Position numbers and translations under genes: made by a program
The notes under the pieces: generated by a model
Told to the model about the DNA's origin: nothing
The model's database searches: none
The model's input: the letters and a program-made list of their open reading frames with translations, nothing else
Part shown: positions 1 to 10,301 of the stretch, in pieces
Layout of the letters: each line of letters begins with the position of its first letter
Position numbering within the stretch: the first letter of the stretch is position 1
Assembly (NCBI GenBank): GCA_046116545.1
Contig: CP175956.1
Location: forward strand, 257,734 to 321,733
Origin: Candidatus Moraniibacteriota bacterium
GTDB lineage: Bacteria > Patescibacteriota > Minisyncoccia > Moranbacterales > GCA-2747515
Reading direction: 5' to 3'
Length of the DNA stretch: 64,000 nucleotides

Positions 1-135
1 AACATTTCTTACAACAACCATTATAATAGACGCTAATACACCAATAATTGCTATCACAATTAGAAGTTCTATTAAAGTAAAGCCTTTTTTCTCACCTCTA
101 TTTTTATTTGTTTTATTATTTCTTTTACAAAACAT
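1..135 (-). CDS. type IV pilin/pseudopilin, N-terminal fragment (gene continues past window start)
   Basis: Minus-strand ATG is the reverse complement of 133-135. Translation: MFCKRNNKTNKNRGEKKG|[27 protein letters not shown]... This shows a class-III prepilin signal (G^FTLIEL, Glu at +5) and a hydrophobic helix. No stop occurs before position 1. It is absent from the ORF track because it is truncated. Confidence 0.6.
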   Translation of the reverse strand, partial: MFCKRNNKTNKNRGEKKGFTLIELLIVIAIIGVLASIIMVVVRNV

Positions 136-197
136 TTTTTAAAAAAATAAATTAGTAAAAATTATTCTTTTCTATTTACTTTGATAATAACATGAAA

Positions 198-1130
198 CTA
201 CAAAACATGCTCGAAATATTTTATAGTTTTTTTAAGTCCCTCTTCAATTTTAATTTTTGGTTTCCAATCCAACTTTTCTTTTGCTAATGTAATATCTGGT
301 TTTCTCCTCTGTGGATCATCTTGTGGCAATTCCATATAGACTATTTTACTTTTTGAACCTGGAACCATTTTAATAATCTTTTCTGCTAACTCCTTAATAG
401 TAAATTCATCAGGATTCCCCATATTAACAGGACCTACAAAATCAATATCATTATTCATCATACGTACAAAACCTTCAATTAAATCATCAATGTACTGAAA
501 GCTTCGTGTCTGAGAACCATCTCCATAAATTGTTATATCTTCATTTTTCAAAGCTTGTACTATAAAATTTGATACTACTCTCCCATCATTTGCGTGCATA
601 TAAGGACCATATGTATTAAAAATACGCACAATACGAATATCTAAATTATGCTGTCGATGATAATCACAAAATAATGTTTCTGCACAACGCTTTCCTTCAT
701 CATAACAAGACCTAACACCTGTTACATTCACATTGCCACAATAATCTTCAGGCTGTGGATGCACTTCTGGATCACCATACACCTCTGATGTGGAAGCCTG
801 CAAAATCTTAGCACCTGTGCGTTTTGCAAGTCCAAGCATATTTATAGCACCATGAACAGAAGTTTTAGTTGTTTGTACGGGATCATGCTGATAATGAATT
901 GGAGAAGCTGGACAAGCTAAGTTATAAATCTGATCTACTTCCACATACAATGGAAACGTCACATCATGTCGCAACACTTCAAACTTATAATTATCTAAAA
1001 GTCCCTTAATATTTTCCTTGCTACCTGTAAAAAAATTATCAAGACAAAGAACATCATGTCCATCATCTAGTAATCTTTTACATAAATGAGTGCCTACAAA
1101 TCCTGCTCCTCCAGTTACCAATATTTTCAT
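198..1130 (-). CDS. UDP-glucuronate decarboxylase / UDP-xylose synthase (NAD-dependent SDR epimerase/dehydratase family)
   Basis: 310 aa. N-terminal Rossmann motif [16 protein letters not shown]. The YxxxK-type SDR core and overall pattern are typical of UXS/ArnA-like decarboxylases. Confidence 0.8.
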   Translation of the reverse strand: MKILVTGGAGFVGTHLCKRLLDDGHDVLCLDNFFTGSKENIKGLLDNYKFEVLRHDVTFPLYVEVDQIYNLACPASPIHYQHDPVQTTKTSVHGAINMLGLAKRTGAKILQASTSEVYGDPEVHPQPEDYCGNVNVTGVRSCYDEGKRCAETLFCDYHRQHNLDIRIVRIFNTYGPYMHANDGRVVSNFIVQALKNEDITIYGDGSQTRSFQYIDDLIEGFVRMMNNDIDFVGPVNMGNPDEFTIKELAEKIIKMVPGSKSKIVYMELPQDDPQRRKPDITLAKEKLDWKPKIKIEEGLKKTIKYFEHVL

Positions 1131-1135
1131 ACTTT

Positions 1136-2395
1136 TTATTTAACAAATTTTTTAATAATATATCGTAACCATACGATTCCAATACTGTAATTTATTATAA
1201 GACCGATTAATAAAACCTCAATTGAAAAAATATCTAAATACACCATCAATCCCAAATAACTCATCATTAAAATAACCCTGACGAATAAAGAAATTATTCC
1301 TTTTAAAAAAATCCTATTCGAGTATGTTGCTATGACTGGCCAATATAAAGATGATGCAAAAACTACTGTACCAAATAAGGCGAAGAGAATGGCATATATA
1401 ATATTATACACAAAACTACTGCCATACAAAACTATTGCTACAGAAACACATGCAAACAAAAAAAACATAATAGGAATAAATCCAATCTTTAAAATATGAT
1501 CTATCCTTTTTGCAATTGATGCTTTATTTTTATGACCTGAAGTATATACAAAAAAAACATTATGTAAAATCATAGACAAAAAGCCTGAAATAACAATAGA
1601 AGATGTGTAGTATGCAGAATATAAACCGAGTGCATCCAATCCCATATATCGTTTTATGAACATTTTATCTACTAAGACAAAAACTGTTGTGAGTATTGCG
1701 ACTACCACAAATAAAAAACCTAGTTTCAATAACTTTTTTATATAGTTGATGCGGATATACTTTATATTTATTTTTTTTCTAAGTATAACTAAAAAACATA
1801 TAGATATGAAAAATCCACTAATAATCATGGCTTCAATGAAACTTATAGCTGTAAGACTCTCAGTTACAAAAAAAAGTAAAAATGACATTACTAAAATAAG
1901 TATTGCATCTAAAATACGAAAAAATACTTGCTGTTTGAATAAAAAAAGCCCCCTTGATATTCCATCAAAAAATAATCGTAACCCAACACTAATTGATAAT
2001 AAGAATATCAAAGCAACCATTATTTCATCAAGAATAGCAAAATTAAATATCACAAAAAATAATATGCTATATAGACAAATACTAACTAAAATAGCAAATA
2101 CAGCAGATGATATATATTCTTTATGCTTTTTTGCATCAGATGCCAGTTTCTTAGCTATAGCAACATCTAAACCGCTTGTTACAACAGTTCGGAGTGCTTG
2201 TGCTGCAATGATGACAATACTAACAATTCCATACTGTTCAACACCTAATTGTCTACCAATGAATATATTAACAAAAAACATTATTCCACTTGCAATGGAA
2301 ATACCTAAAAAAGATAGAATTAGATCATTAACAATTTTTTCATTTTGTAATTCAATCCCAATTTTTTGTAAATTTTTTATAATAATTACATTCAT
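1136..2395 (-). CDS. polysaccharide flippase-like polytopic membrane protein (MOP/Wzx-like)
   Basis: 419 aa with about 12 predicted hydrophobic segments. It sits inside the glycosyltransferase cluster. The 4-bp overlap with the upstream GT gene (2392-2395) suggests co-translation. Confidence 0.55.
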   Translation of the reverse strand: MNVIIIKNLQKIGIELQNEKIVNDLILSFLGISIASGIMFFVNIFIGRQLGVEQYGIVSIVIIAAQALRTVVTSGLDVAIAKKLASDAKKHKEYISSAVFAILVSICLYSILFFVIFNFAILDEIMVALIFLLSISVGLRLFFDGISRGLFLFKQQVFFRILDAILILVMSFLLFFVTESLTAISFIEAMIISGFFISICFLVILRKKINIKYIRINYIKKLLKLGFLFVVVAILTTVFVLVDKMFIKRYMGLDALGLYSAYYTSSIVISGFLSMILHNVFFVYTSGHKNKASIAKRIDHILKIGFIPIMFFLFACVSVAIVLYGSSFVYNIIYAILFALFGTVVFASSLYWPVIATYSNRIFLKGIISLFVRVILMMSYLGLMVYLDIFSIEVLLIGLIINYSIGIVWLRYIIKKFVK

Positions 2396-3447
2396 ATACT
2401 AACTATTTCTTTATATCTTCTGAGCTTTAAATAAAAAATTGTAATTTTCCCCAACAAAACACTTTTTGATTTTTTGATTTTTTTTTGCATTATATCAACT
2501 TCCTTTTTTGATAATTTTTCATGTAACTTTATTGTATCTTTATATTGTTTCATTAACAACTGACAAGCATTTTCTATAGAATGTTCTTTTTTGATAATTT
2601 CATAAATGTCTATAGCAATGCTTGGATCGTATTTCTGTAATAATTGTTCAAAAGATTTTTGATTTATTTGTTTTTGAAACCTTCTGCCTGAAAAATTATT
2701 TTCCCTTACTTTATAATATTTTTCCACTGTAATAAATCCATCTGAACCATGTTTATCATAAATGATTACGTTACGCTTACAAGTCATCGCCTCTATAGCA
2801 CCTTTACCTAACGTCACTACGATATCTGCCCTATTTATATAATTTTCAACATTATCAACCATATTTTCTGGTAAACCAACATGAACTAGTGATATATCAA
2901 GCTTACTACAAACTGACTCAATGATATGTTTTACATTTTTAGTATAATGATTACTAATCACAAGAACATTTTTCAAAACAGAATTTACCTTTTTATGTTC
3001 TTGAAAACGAACAAAATCTACAAAATTTCTAATAATACTAATTTTTTTTATATCAATATTGTGCCTTTTCACTAAATTATCACGCACTTCTTCACTCACT
3101 GCAACATATGAAGTAATGTTAATATCAATAAATGGAGGTTGTTCTATTTTTGGTAAAACACCATGTGACATAAATATCATCGGAACATTCGGAAAAATAG
3201 CTCTAGTAAATATTGCTACTATATTATGATGAGCATGTATTATATCAAAATCAATATTTGCAATATCAAGAAGATTACTAGTAACATGGATGCCATCATC
3301 AAAAATATCTTGCCCACTCATGCCTATTAGTGGGCTATATACAAATACTTCATACTTACTTTTGTGAAAATACCTTGCTATATCTATTACATAATTTTCA
3401 GTTCCAGCATAATTTAAGAGAGAGTAATTTGTAATTAAAATTTTCAT
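2392..3447 (-). CDS. putative glycosyltransferase (GT-B-like N-terminal domain)
   Basis: 351 aa. The N-terminus resembles the GT4 N-domain. The C-terminus is K-rich and atypical. The gene is embedded between the flippase and the GT2 gene. Confidence 0.4.
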   Translation of the reverse strand: MKILITNYSLLNYAGTENYVIDIARYFHKSKYEVFVYSPLIGMSGQDIFDDGIHVTSNLLDIANIDFDIIHAHHNIVAIFTRAIFPNVPMIFMSHGVLPKIEQPPFIDINITSYVAVSEEVRDNLVKRHNIDIKKISIIRNFVDFVRFQEHKKVNSVLKNVLVISNHYTKNVKHIIESVCSKLDISLVHVGLPENMVDNVENYINRADIVVTLGKGAIEAMTCKRNVIIYDKHGSDGFITVEKYYKVRENNFSGRRFQKQINQKSFEQLLQKYDPSIAIDIYEIIKKEHSIENACQLLMKQYKDTIKLHEKLSKKEVDIMQKKIKKSKSVLLGKITIFYLKLRRYKEIVSI

Positions 3448-3495
3448 ATTAAAATTGTACCATATGCCAATGCATACGCAATGTAAATAATATAT

Positions 3496-4518
3496 TTATT
3501 TCTTTTTTGACTTAAAAAAATTAATTCCGTATTCATCAAACCAACTAGAGATATCTCGTACAGTTTTTCCTTTCTGAATGGAAGTTCTTTTTCTTAATAG
3601 TTTTCTAAGATTGATTCCGACATCCCATATTCCTCGTATTGTCACAATAGCTAGATCCTTGATACTAATATTTTTTCGAAATTTACTAACGGTACCTTTT
3701 TTAAAAAAAGAGAGCACTAGTAAATAAGGATACCGTATAAAAGATAATAAAATTGCCCTACAAAAATATACAAATGGATAATTTTTAATTATATTATAAA
3801 ATAAATTTCTATTGGTATAAAATGCAATAAATTCAGAATACCCTCCAGAAGTAGCATTTTTATGATGATATACTACCGCCTCTGGCATATACATGCATCT
3901 CCATCCACGCAACCGTGCTCTCCATCCCATATCCAAATCTTCAAAATAATATTCATAATCCTCATCAAAAAACATTCCGTCCTGTTTGATATCATTAAGA
4001 AGTCTTGCTGTAAATAAAGCTGCTGCTCCAGTCGGACAAAATACTTCACACTTTTCATTTGCCATTTTAGATTGTTCATTTAATAATCTATTCACTGCCA
4101 TACCATCTGAACTTATTTGCAATCCAGTAGAATCAATTTTATTTTTCTCATTATAAAATAAAACTTTTGGTGCAACCATTTCAATCGATTTGTTCTTGTC
4201 TATACCATCAATCAACTCTGTTAAAAATTTTGGTGCAACTTCTGTATCATTATTAAGTAATATAATATTTTCACTTCCTTTATCTATAGCTTTTTGAATT
4301 CCTACATTATTTGCTTTACAAAATCCAGAATTATAACCCATAGCTACTACCATCACATCTTCAAATTTTTCTTGCATTATCTGTATAGATGAATCTTCAG
4401 AACCATTATCCACAACAATAACATCAAAATTGTCATGATTCATCAAAAAAACTGATGCTAAGCATTTTTCTAATAATTCTTCTTTATTATAATTAACTAT
4501 AATTATTGCATTTTTCAT
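3496..4518 (-). CDS. family 2 glycosyltransferase
   Basis: 340 aa. Motifs IIVNYNKEELLEKCL..DVIVVDNGSEDSS and a DxD-like region match the GT-A fold of the GT2 family. Confidence 0.8.
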   Translation of the reverse strand: MKNAIIIVNYNKEELLEKCLASVFLMNHDNFDVIVVDNGSEDSSIQIMQEKFEDVMVVAMGYNSGFCKANNVGIQKAIDKGSENIILLNNDTEVAPKFLTELIDGIDKNKSIEMVAPKVLFYNEKNKIDSTGLQISSDGMAVNRLLNEQSKMANEKCEVFCPTGAAALFTARLLNDIKQDGMFFDEDYEYYFEDLDMGWRARLRGWRCMYMPEAVVYHHKNATSGGYSEFIAFYTNRNLFYNIIKNYPFVYFCRAILLSFIRYPYLLVLSFFKKGTVSKFRKNISIKDLAIVTIRGIWDVGINLRKLLRKRTSIQKGKTVRDISSWFDEYGINFFKSKKK

Positions 4519-4527
4519 CCTTCTTTT

Positions 4528-5685
4528 TTACAGATTTATATAATATTTTTGAATTATTTTTTGCATTCTTTCATATGAATACTTTTGAACTATTCTTACA
4601 GAATTCTGTGACATTTCATTTAACATTTCATTAGATTCACCAAATAACAATAAATTGCTTTTCTTATACACATCTTCTACATCTTTGCACACAAAGCCAT
4701 TTTCATCATTATTAATAAGTTCTTTTGCCGCATTATCTGGATAATCAATGATTAAAACAGGTACTCCACATGCATTTGACTCGATTACAGTAATTCCAAA
4801 TCCCTCCCGCTCAGACAACTGTATCATCAATTTTGCTGACTTAATTCTAGATATTAATACATCATAATCATCAATGAAATTAATAAACTCAATATTCTCT
4901 GATAACTTATCTGAAAGAATTTTTTCTTTTATTATTTTATCATCAGGACCCTCACCTATAATTAAAGCTTTTATATTATGATTATCAAGTTTAATTCTTT
5001 TAACAATATCAATAATATGTTCAACATGCTTGTGAGCAATAATTCTTCCGTAATAAATTATATCATACTTTTTATATTGATTTGAAACTTTATTAATCCT
5101 ATCAATATCAACACTGATTGGAAAAATTGTCATGATTTTCTCTTTATCTTTCCCAAATGCCCATTGAAGTTTATCTTGTGTAAAATAAGAATTTGCAATA
5201 ATTTTATCACATGATATATAACTAATTTTCTCTAAAAAAACTCCAATAAACCAAAAAAATCCATAGTACTCATGCCAGTATTCCTTTCCCCAATATTCTG
5301 CCCAATAACCCACAATAATGGGCTTTTTCCTTTTAAATATACTTGCTAACCTAGCTGAAATAACTGGAAAATATGGAAAGATTTCTATATCTAAGATATC
5401 ATCATCTGACTTTAATACGTAAAAAAAAGTTGCTATTCCAAAACGCATACTAGACAATATATTCCTTTTACCATTTTTTTTATAGATTTGCGACTGTGAA
5501 CATATACTAATATAATTAATATTTTTAACAAATTTTTCACTGTCTTGCCACCATTTCATAGATACAATTGAAACCTCAAATTGATCTAAATTTTTTAAAA
5601 TTTTAGAATACTCAAAAATTCTTTTTTCTTGTCCACCTATAAAATATGGGTATACCTTATCAGTGATAAATGCGATTTTTTTCAT
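4528..5685 (-). CDS. family 4 (GT-B) glycosyltransferase
   Basis: 385 aa. The C-terminal motif EGFGITVIESNACGVPVL.. is the EX7E-type GT4 signature. Confidence 0.8.
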   Translation of the reverse strand: MKKIAFITDKVYPYFIGGQEKRIFEYSKILKNLDQFEVSIVSMKWWQDSEKFVKNINYISICSQSQIYKKNGKRNILSSMRFGIATFFYVLKSDDDILDIEIFPYFPVISARLASIFKRKKPIIVGYWAEYWGKEYWHEYYGFFWFIGVFLEKISYISCDKIIANSYFTQDKLQWAFGKDKEKIMTIFPISVDIDRINKVSNQYKKYDIIYYGRIIAHKHVEHIIDIVKRIKLDNHNIKALIIGEGPDDKIIKEKILSDKLSENIEFINFIDDYDVLISRIKSAKLMIQLSEREGFGITVIESNACGVPVLIIDYPDNAAKELINNDENGFVCKDVEDVYKKSNLLLFGESNEMLNEMSQNSVRIVQKYSYERMQKIIQKYYINL

Positions 5686-5693
5686 AGATTCTT

Positions 5694-6605
5694 CTATTTC
5701 ATTCTATTCATTAATACAACAAGTTCATCATGTCGTCTTTTAATAGAACTAAGTATTAACCCTGCTATAAAACTGATAAAACTTGCTAAAATCAAAAATC
5801 CTGATACAACTAGTGATGGAATATGTGATACAATGCCTGTTTCAAAATACCCCTCTAAACTATACCATCCTAGGACAAAACTTAATGATGATAAAATAAA
5901 TGCTAATATTAAAAAGAAATGTAATGGCTTATAATCTCTAAATAGTGACAATACTGTATATAACACTATTGTTCCATCTTTTACTGTATTTAATTTTGAA
6001 TCACTTCCATCAGACCTTGGTACAAGTGAGATTGGAATTTCTCTCACTATACAACCTCTTTCTATAGCTTGAATCATTATTTCAGGTTCAATTCCAAATC
6101 CACCCGCAAGAATTGCTGTTGACTGCACGAAATCCTTATTCATTGCCCTGAGACCTGATTCCATATCTCTAAATTTTGTAGCAAAACAAATATTAAGTGA
6201 CATCGTAAGAAATTTATTTCCCCACCAATGACTATTACTAAATGCTTTTGTATTATCAATATGTATTCTATCTCCGACTACCATATCAGCCATTCCTTCT
6301 AGTATTGGTTTTATGATCTTATGTGTATCATTTACATTATACGTATCATCACCGTCAATAAGTACTAAAATATCTCCATCAAACTCATTAAAGATTTTCT
6401 GTACAGCAAAGCCCTTTCCCTGTTTTTTTTCAAAGAATACTTCTGCGCCAGCCTTTTTTGCAATCTCTCGAGTTTTGTCAGAAGAATTATTATCAACAAC
6501 AATTATATGAGAATCTGGTAATTCCCTTTGAAAATCTCTTATAACTTTTTCAATTGTTTTTTCCTCATTATAACAAGGTATTCCTATAACTATTTTTTCA
6601 CTCAT
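5694..6605 (-). CDS. polyprenyl-phosphate sugar synthase (GtrB/DPM1-like GT2 with C-terminal TM anchors)
   Basis: 303 aa. Motifs IGIPCYNEE..VVDNNSSDKT..DGDD form a GT2 catalytic domain. Two C-terminal hydrophobic helices follow, as in GtrB/dolichol-phosphate mannose synthases. Confidence 0.75.
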   Translation of the reverse strand: MSEKIVIGIPCYNEEKTIEKVIRDFQRELPDSHIIVVDNNSSDKTREIAKKAGAEVFFEKKQGKGFAVQKIFNEFDGDILVLIDGDDTYNVNDTHKIIKPILEGMADMVVGDRIHIDNTKAFSNSHWWGNKFLTMSLNICFATKFRDMESGLRAMNKDFVQSTAILAGGFGIEPEIMIQAIERGCIVREIPISLVPRSDGSDSKLNTVKDGTIVLYTVLSLFRDYKPLHFFLILAFILSSLSFVLGWYSLEGYFETGIVSHIPSLVVSGFLILASFISFIAGLILSSIKRRHDELVVLMNRMK

Positions 6606-6609
6606 ATTT

Positions 6610-8289
6610 TTATTTCAATTTAAATACGGTAAATTCCATAAACCTACCTTTGAACTTATCAGATTTAAACGATTGATAGTTCTCTACTAAATCTTTATTT
6701 AATAAAATTGTAGTTGTTAATTGTGTAGATGAAGATACTAAAAATTTTGCATCAAAATCATTTTTTATAGAATTTATAATCTTTTTACTATTTTCTTTTT
6801 CAATTTGTTTCTTTACAGAATCAGGCTTTCCTTCTAAATATTCTCTTATATCATTAACCTCTTTTTTACAATCACCTTTATTCTCACAATAATAATTATA
6901 TCTGAAAATGTTATAATACTTCCAGTATAATGATTCATCATAACCTTTCAATGTCATAGGTTCAATCCCTGTTGAATATGAATTGTATGAATTTGCAAAA
7001 AATAGCGGTGTAAATAAGCTCCAATTATCTACAAAAACATGATCTCTCTTCTCTGATTTTTTTTCAATCCAACTTGCAACGTTTTTTATAGGTTCTACAT
7101 CAAATTTATTTGCCTTTTCATACATATCTACACAAGCATTAAATACCATAAATAATACAAATATCACAATAGCTACTTTTATAAATTTTGCTAATGATGT
7201 CTCAATCTTAATTAACTTATTATCCAACAAATATGTACTCAGAATTGCTGTCAATAAAAATATGCTTGGTACAAAAAAATCAAAAAATCTTCCACTAAGT
7301 TGTATCGATCCAAACACAGTAGCTATTACAAATATGAATAAGCTATAAATCCAAATACCCTCATTACCCTTTAATTTTAATACACCTCTTTTCTCACTTA
7401 CATAAATAAATATAACAGTTGTAACACAAAATAATAATAATGCTAGCAATATTTTTTCGTTCACAATTCTGCTCATAAAATCAATGGACTGTAACTCAAC
7501 TCCACTTAATGAAATTGATTCAACTTCAACATTTGATTGAATCGCCATTATTGAATTTATAAATTTAAATGCTGAACCAGGAAATCCCGGAAAGAAAGCA
7601 AGTCCTATAAATATTGCTATTACAGTTGCTATAAAATTCTTAATATACATTTTTTGTTCAACTAAATATCTTGCAGTCTCTGCAATACAAACCATGACCA
7701 ATGGCATGAAATATGTTGATTGATGCCACAATACATGAAATATTATAATGAAAAATAATATTTTATATTTTTTTGTAATTATTAAATATAATTCAATAAA
7801 TAATAGAGGTATTATAAGAACAAATGCCCTACCAAGTAATAATCTACTCATAAAGTAAGCAGAACTCATAATAGCTAAAACCCACAAAATTGGATATCTA
7901 ACATTCATTTTTCGCAAAATGAAATAAAATAATGCTAATCCAATGCTGGCATAAAAAGAATCTGCTATATGAATTGCTAACTCCCAATTATTAATATATG
8001 TAAAAGGAATGAGAGAAATTTGATGTAAATTAACAGTATACCGAGCATCACTATTAGCAAGTCCTGATAAATAAATCCAATCAAAATTCTTAACAACTTC
8101 AAGTCCGTCATTTCTTAGAAGACTTGCATACTTAAAATGAAAATAATGGTCATCAACGATAGGATCTCCACTTGAATACACATACATCAAGCTACTAAAT
8201 CCAAACATAAAAACAAAAACAATCATCGACGCAATAAACGGATGATTATTCCAATGGTTTTTAATTTTTCCCACAAAATCACTTATCAT
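6610..8289 (-). CDS. large polytopic GT-C-type membrane glycosyltransferase (PMT/ArnT-like), putative
   Basis: 559 aa with more than 10 TM segments. An acidic DD motif (PIVDDHYF) lies in the first extracytoplasmic loop. A soluble C-terminal domain follows. It is immediately downstream of the GtrB-like synthase, which would supply a lipid-linked sugar donor. Confidence 0.45.
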   Translation of the reverse strand: MISDFVGKIKNHWNNHPFIASMIVFVFMFGFSSLMYVYSSGDPIVDDHYFHFKYASLLRNDGLEVVKNFDWIYLSGLANSDARYTVNLHQISLIPFTYINNWELAIHIADSFYASIGLALFYFILRKMNVRYPILWVLAIMSSAYFMSRLLLGRAFVLIIPLLFIELYLIITKKYKILFFIIIFHVLWHQSTYFMPLVMVCIAETARYLVEQKMYIKNFIATVIAIFIGLAFFPGFPGSAFKFINSIMAIQSNVEVESISLSGVELQSIDFMSRIVNEKILLALLLFCVTTVIFIYVSEKRGVLKLKGNEGIWIYSLFIFVIATVFGSIQLSGRFFDFFVPSIFLLTAILSTYLLDNKLIKIETSLAKFIKVAIVIFVLFMVFNACVDMYEKANKFDVEPIKNVASWIEKKSEKRDHVFVDNWSLFTPLFFANSYNSYSTGIEPMTLKGYDESLYWKYYNIFRYNYYCENKGDCKKEVNDIREYLEGKPDSVKKQIEKENSKKIINSIKNDFDAKFLVSSSTQLTTTILLNKDLVENYQSFKSDKFKGRFMEFTVFKLK

Positions 8290-8373
8290 AAAACTGCAAT
8301 CTCCTCATAATTCAATCTAAAAAATTCTATATACTTGCCATTATTATCAACAGCAAGTATAAGAATTTTCAAA

Positions 8374-8766
8374 CTAACATCCTGTCGGTCCAAATGTACA
8401 ACCTGTTTGTGTACATTGCGCCCAACACTCAGTTCCTCTAAATGTAGCATTATAAGTAAAACTACCATTCACAACATCTGTCGTAAATGCAGCTCCACTC
8501 CAAGCTCCTGATGTCTCTAGCTGTGGCCAATGACCTTCACTATTTGCACATACAGGGCCGTTTGCAACTGAAGTAGGATTGATAATCTCTGCAGAATCAT
8601 CCATACACAAAATTGCAGCTGGTACAGTTGAAGAAATTGATGACTTCACTGATGCATCCTTAGCCTTTTGTCGTGCGCTATTCAATGATACCAAGACAAT
8701 AGATGCCAAAATACCAATGATTGCGATTACGATCAATAGCTCGATTAATGTAAAACCTTTTTTCAT
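8374..8766 (-). CDS. type IV pilin (major pilin candidate)
   Basis: 130 aa. Sequence MKKG^[20 protein letters not shown] carries the prepilin peptidase site. The C-terminal half is Cys-rich. A GGAGGTG ribosome-binding site lies upstream and the gene has its own upstream intergenic region. Confidence 0.85.
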   Translation of the reverse strand: MKKGFTLIELLIVIAIIGILASIVLVSLNSARQKAKDASVKSSISSTVPAAILCMDDSAEIINPTSVANGPVCANSEGHWPQLETSGAWSGAAFTTDVVNGSFTYNATFRGTECWAQCTQTGCTFGPTGC

Positions 8767-9012
8767 GTTATTGTCACCTCCATTCTTTTTTTATTTTTAT
8801 CTTTACTTAACTATTATACACTATAAAACTTAAATTAGCCAAAAGTTATCCACAGGATACAATTCTATATACTGCGCGACAATAATTGATTCACCTCAAT
8901 ATAACACAAGTAACTCATAATTCAATGTACAGCATATATAATATTATCAGATATTATTTATATAATAATATCATGAAATAATTCTAATCATATCCCTCAT
9001 TAAGATGCTGAC

Positions 9013-9047
9013 AAAAAAAGACAAGTTTCTATACTTGTCTTTTTTTA
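9013..9047 (-). terminator. rho-independent terminator (bidirectional hairpin) after pilC
   Basis: Sequence aaaaaaaGACAAGTttctatACTTGTCttttttt is a perfect 7-bp stem flanked by A- and T-runs. Confidence 0.6.
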
Positions 9048-9067
9048 TTAATTTATATATTTTATAT

Positions 9068-10276
9068 CTATAATTGTCCTGCTATATTGTATATTGGTAA
9101 TAATACAGAAAATACTAATACACCAACACCTAGACCAAGGAATACTATCAATATTGGTTCTATTATTGATGATAAATTCCTTGTTATTTGATCAACTTCT
9201 GCATTATAAAACCTAGCTATATCAGTTAAGATATCACTCAACCTACCTGTTTCTTCTCCAATTTTTATCATACTTGAAACCATTGGCGGAAACTCTTCAT
9301 GTTTAAAAAATTCTGTATTTATATCCCCTCCCATCTTAACGTCTTGAGCTGCTTTTAATATTATATTTTTATACACTATATTATCTACAACATCTGCAAC
9401 CACTATAAGAGCTCTTACAATAGGAATTCCTCCTTGTAATAACACTGATAGATTCTCTGTAAATCTAGTTATGTATACGTACCTAAACAACTGTCCAACT
9501 ACTGGTAATTTCAATTTAACCTTATCCCATTCTTTACTACCATCTTCACTTTTAATATAATAGATAATTCCTGCAATAACACCAAAAACTACAAGTAATA
9601 TTGCCCACCAATACACCTGCATAAAATCTCCAATTTTTATCATTACACCAGTATACCAAGGTATCTCTACATCCAAATCTCTAATTACTCCAGTTAATTT
9701 TGGCAAAATCCAAGTCATTGTAAGAAATCCTATTACACCAGCAACACTAATAACAAATGCTGGATACATTAATGCTCCCTGGATCTTATTTTTCAATTGA
9801 TAATTCTGTTCAGCACTTTCTGCAACGAAATCAATTGCTCCTTGCAAATTACCCGAAACTTCACCAGCACGTATCATACTTATTGCCAATGTTGTAAATA
9901 TTTTTTCGTGTTTTCCAAAAGCTTCTGAAACTGACATACCATCTTCAACATCATTTGCCACTTCTGCAATCACAAGCTTTAATTGTGCATTTTCTGTCTG
10001 ATCATGAATCGTTCTTAGAGATGGTGCTATTGGAATTTTTGCACCAACCAACGTTGAAAACTCTCTGTAAAATAACAGGAGATCTTTATTATTTACAGAT
10101 GAGGTTAATCTTTCTATCATACCTGCAGCTGATTCACTTTGCTTTATTTCCTTTATCTGTAATGGTATTAAATCATTCTTTTGCAATAATTGATTTGCCA
10201 TCTCTTGATCAACAGCATCAATATTACCTCGCTTAATCTTACCTTCTCTAGTTTTAGCTTTGAATTTAAATTGCAT
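9068..10276 (-). CDS. pilC: type IV pilus assembly platform protein PilC (GspF family)
   Basis: 402 aa with two GspF-like repeats and three TM segments. It sits in the pil operon. Confidence 0.85.
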   Translation of the reverse strand: MQFKFKAKTREGKIKRGNIDAVDQEMANQLLQKNDLIPLQIKEIKQSESAAGMIERLTSSVNNKDLLLFYREFSTLVGAKIPIAPSLRTIHDQTENAQLKLVIAEVANDVEDGMSVSEAFGKHEKIFTTLAISMIRAGEVSGNLQGAIDFVAESAEQNYQLKNKIQGALMYPAFVISVAGVIGFLTMTWILPKLTGVIRDLDVEIPWYTGVMIKIGDFMQVYWWAILLVVFGVIAGIIYYIKSEDGSKEWDKVKLKLPVVGQLFRYVYITRFTENLSVLLQGGIPIVRALIVVADVVDNIVYKNIILKAAQDVKMGGDINTEFFKHEEFPPMVSSMIKIGEETGRLSDILTDIARFYNAEVDQITRNLSSIIEPILIVFLGLGVGVLVFSVLLPIYNIAGQL

Positions 10277-10301
10277 AGTTTTAATTTACAAATAGATATT
10301 T

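Noticed and set aside
1746-2402. 218-aa ORF on the plus strand
   Set aside because: It lies entirely antisense to the flippase gene (1136-2395). Its low-complexity I/K/N-rich translation is typical of a shadow ORF in AT-rich DNA.
8286-8468. 60-aa minus-strand ORF between GT-C gene and pilin
   Set aside because: It overlaps the 3' end of the pilin CDS in another frame. It is likely spurious.
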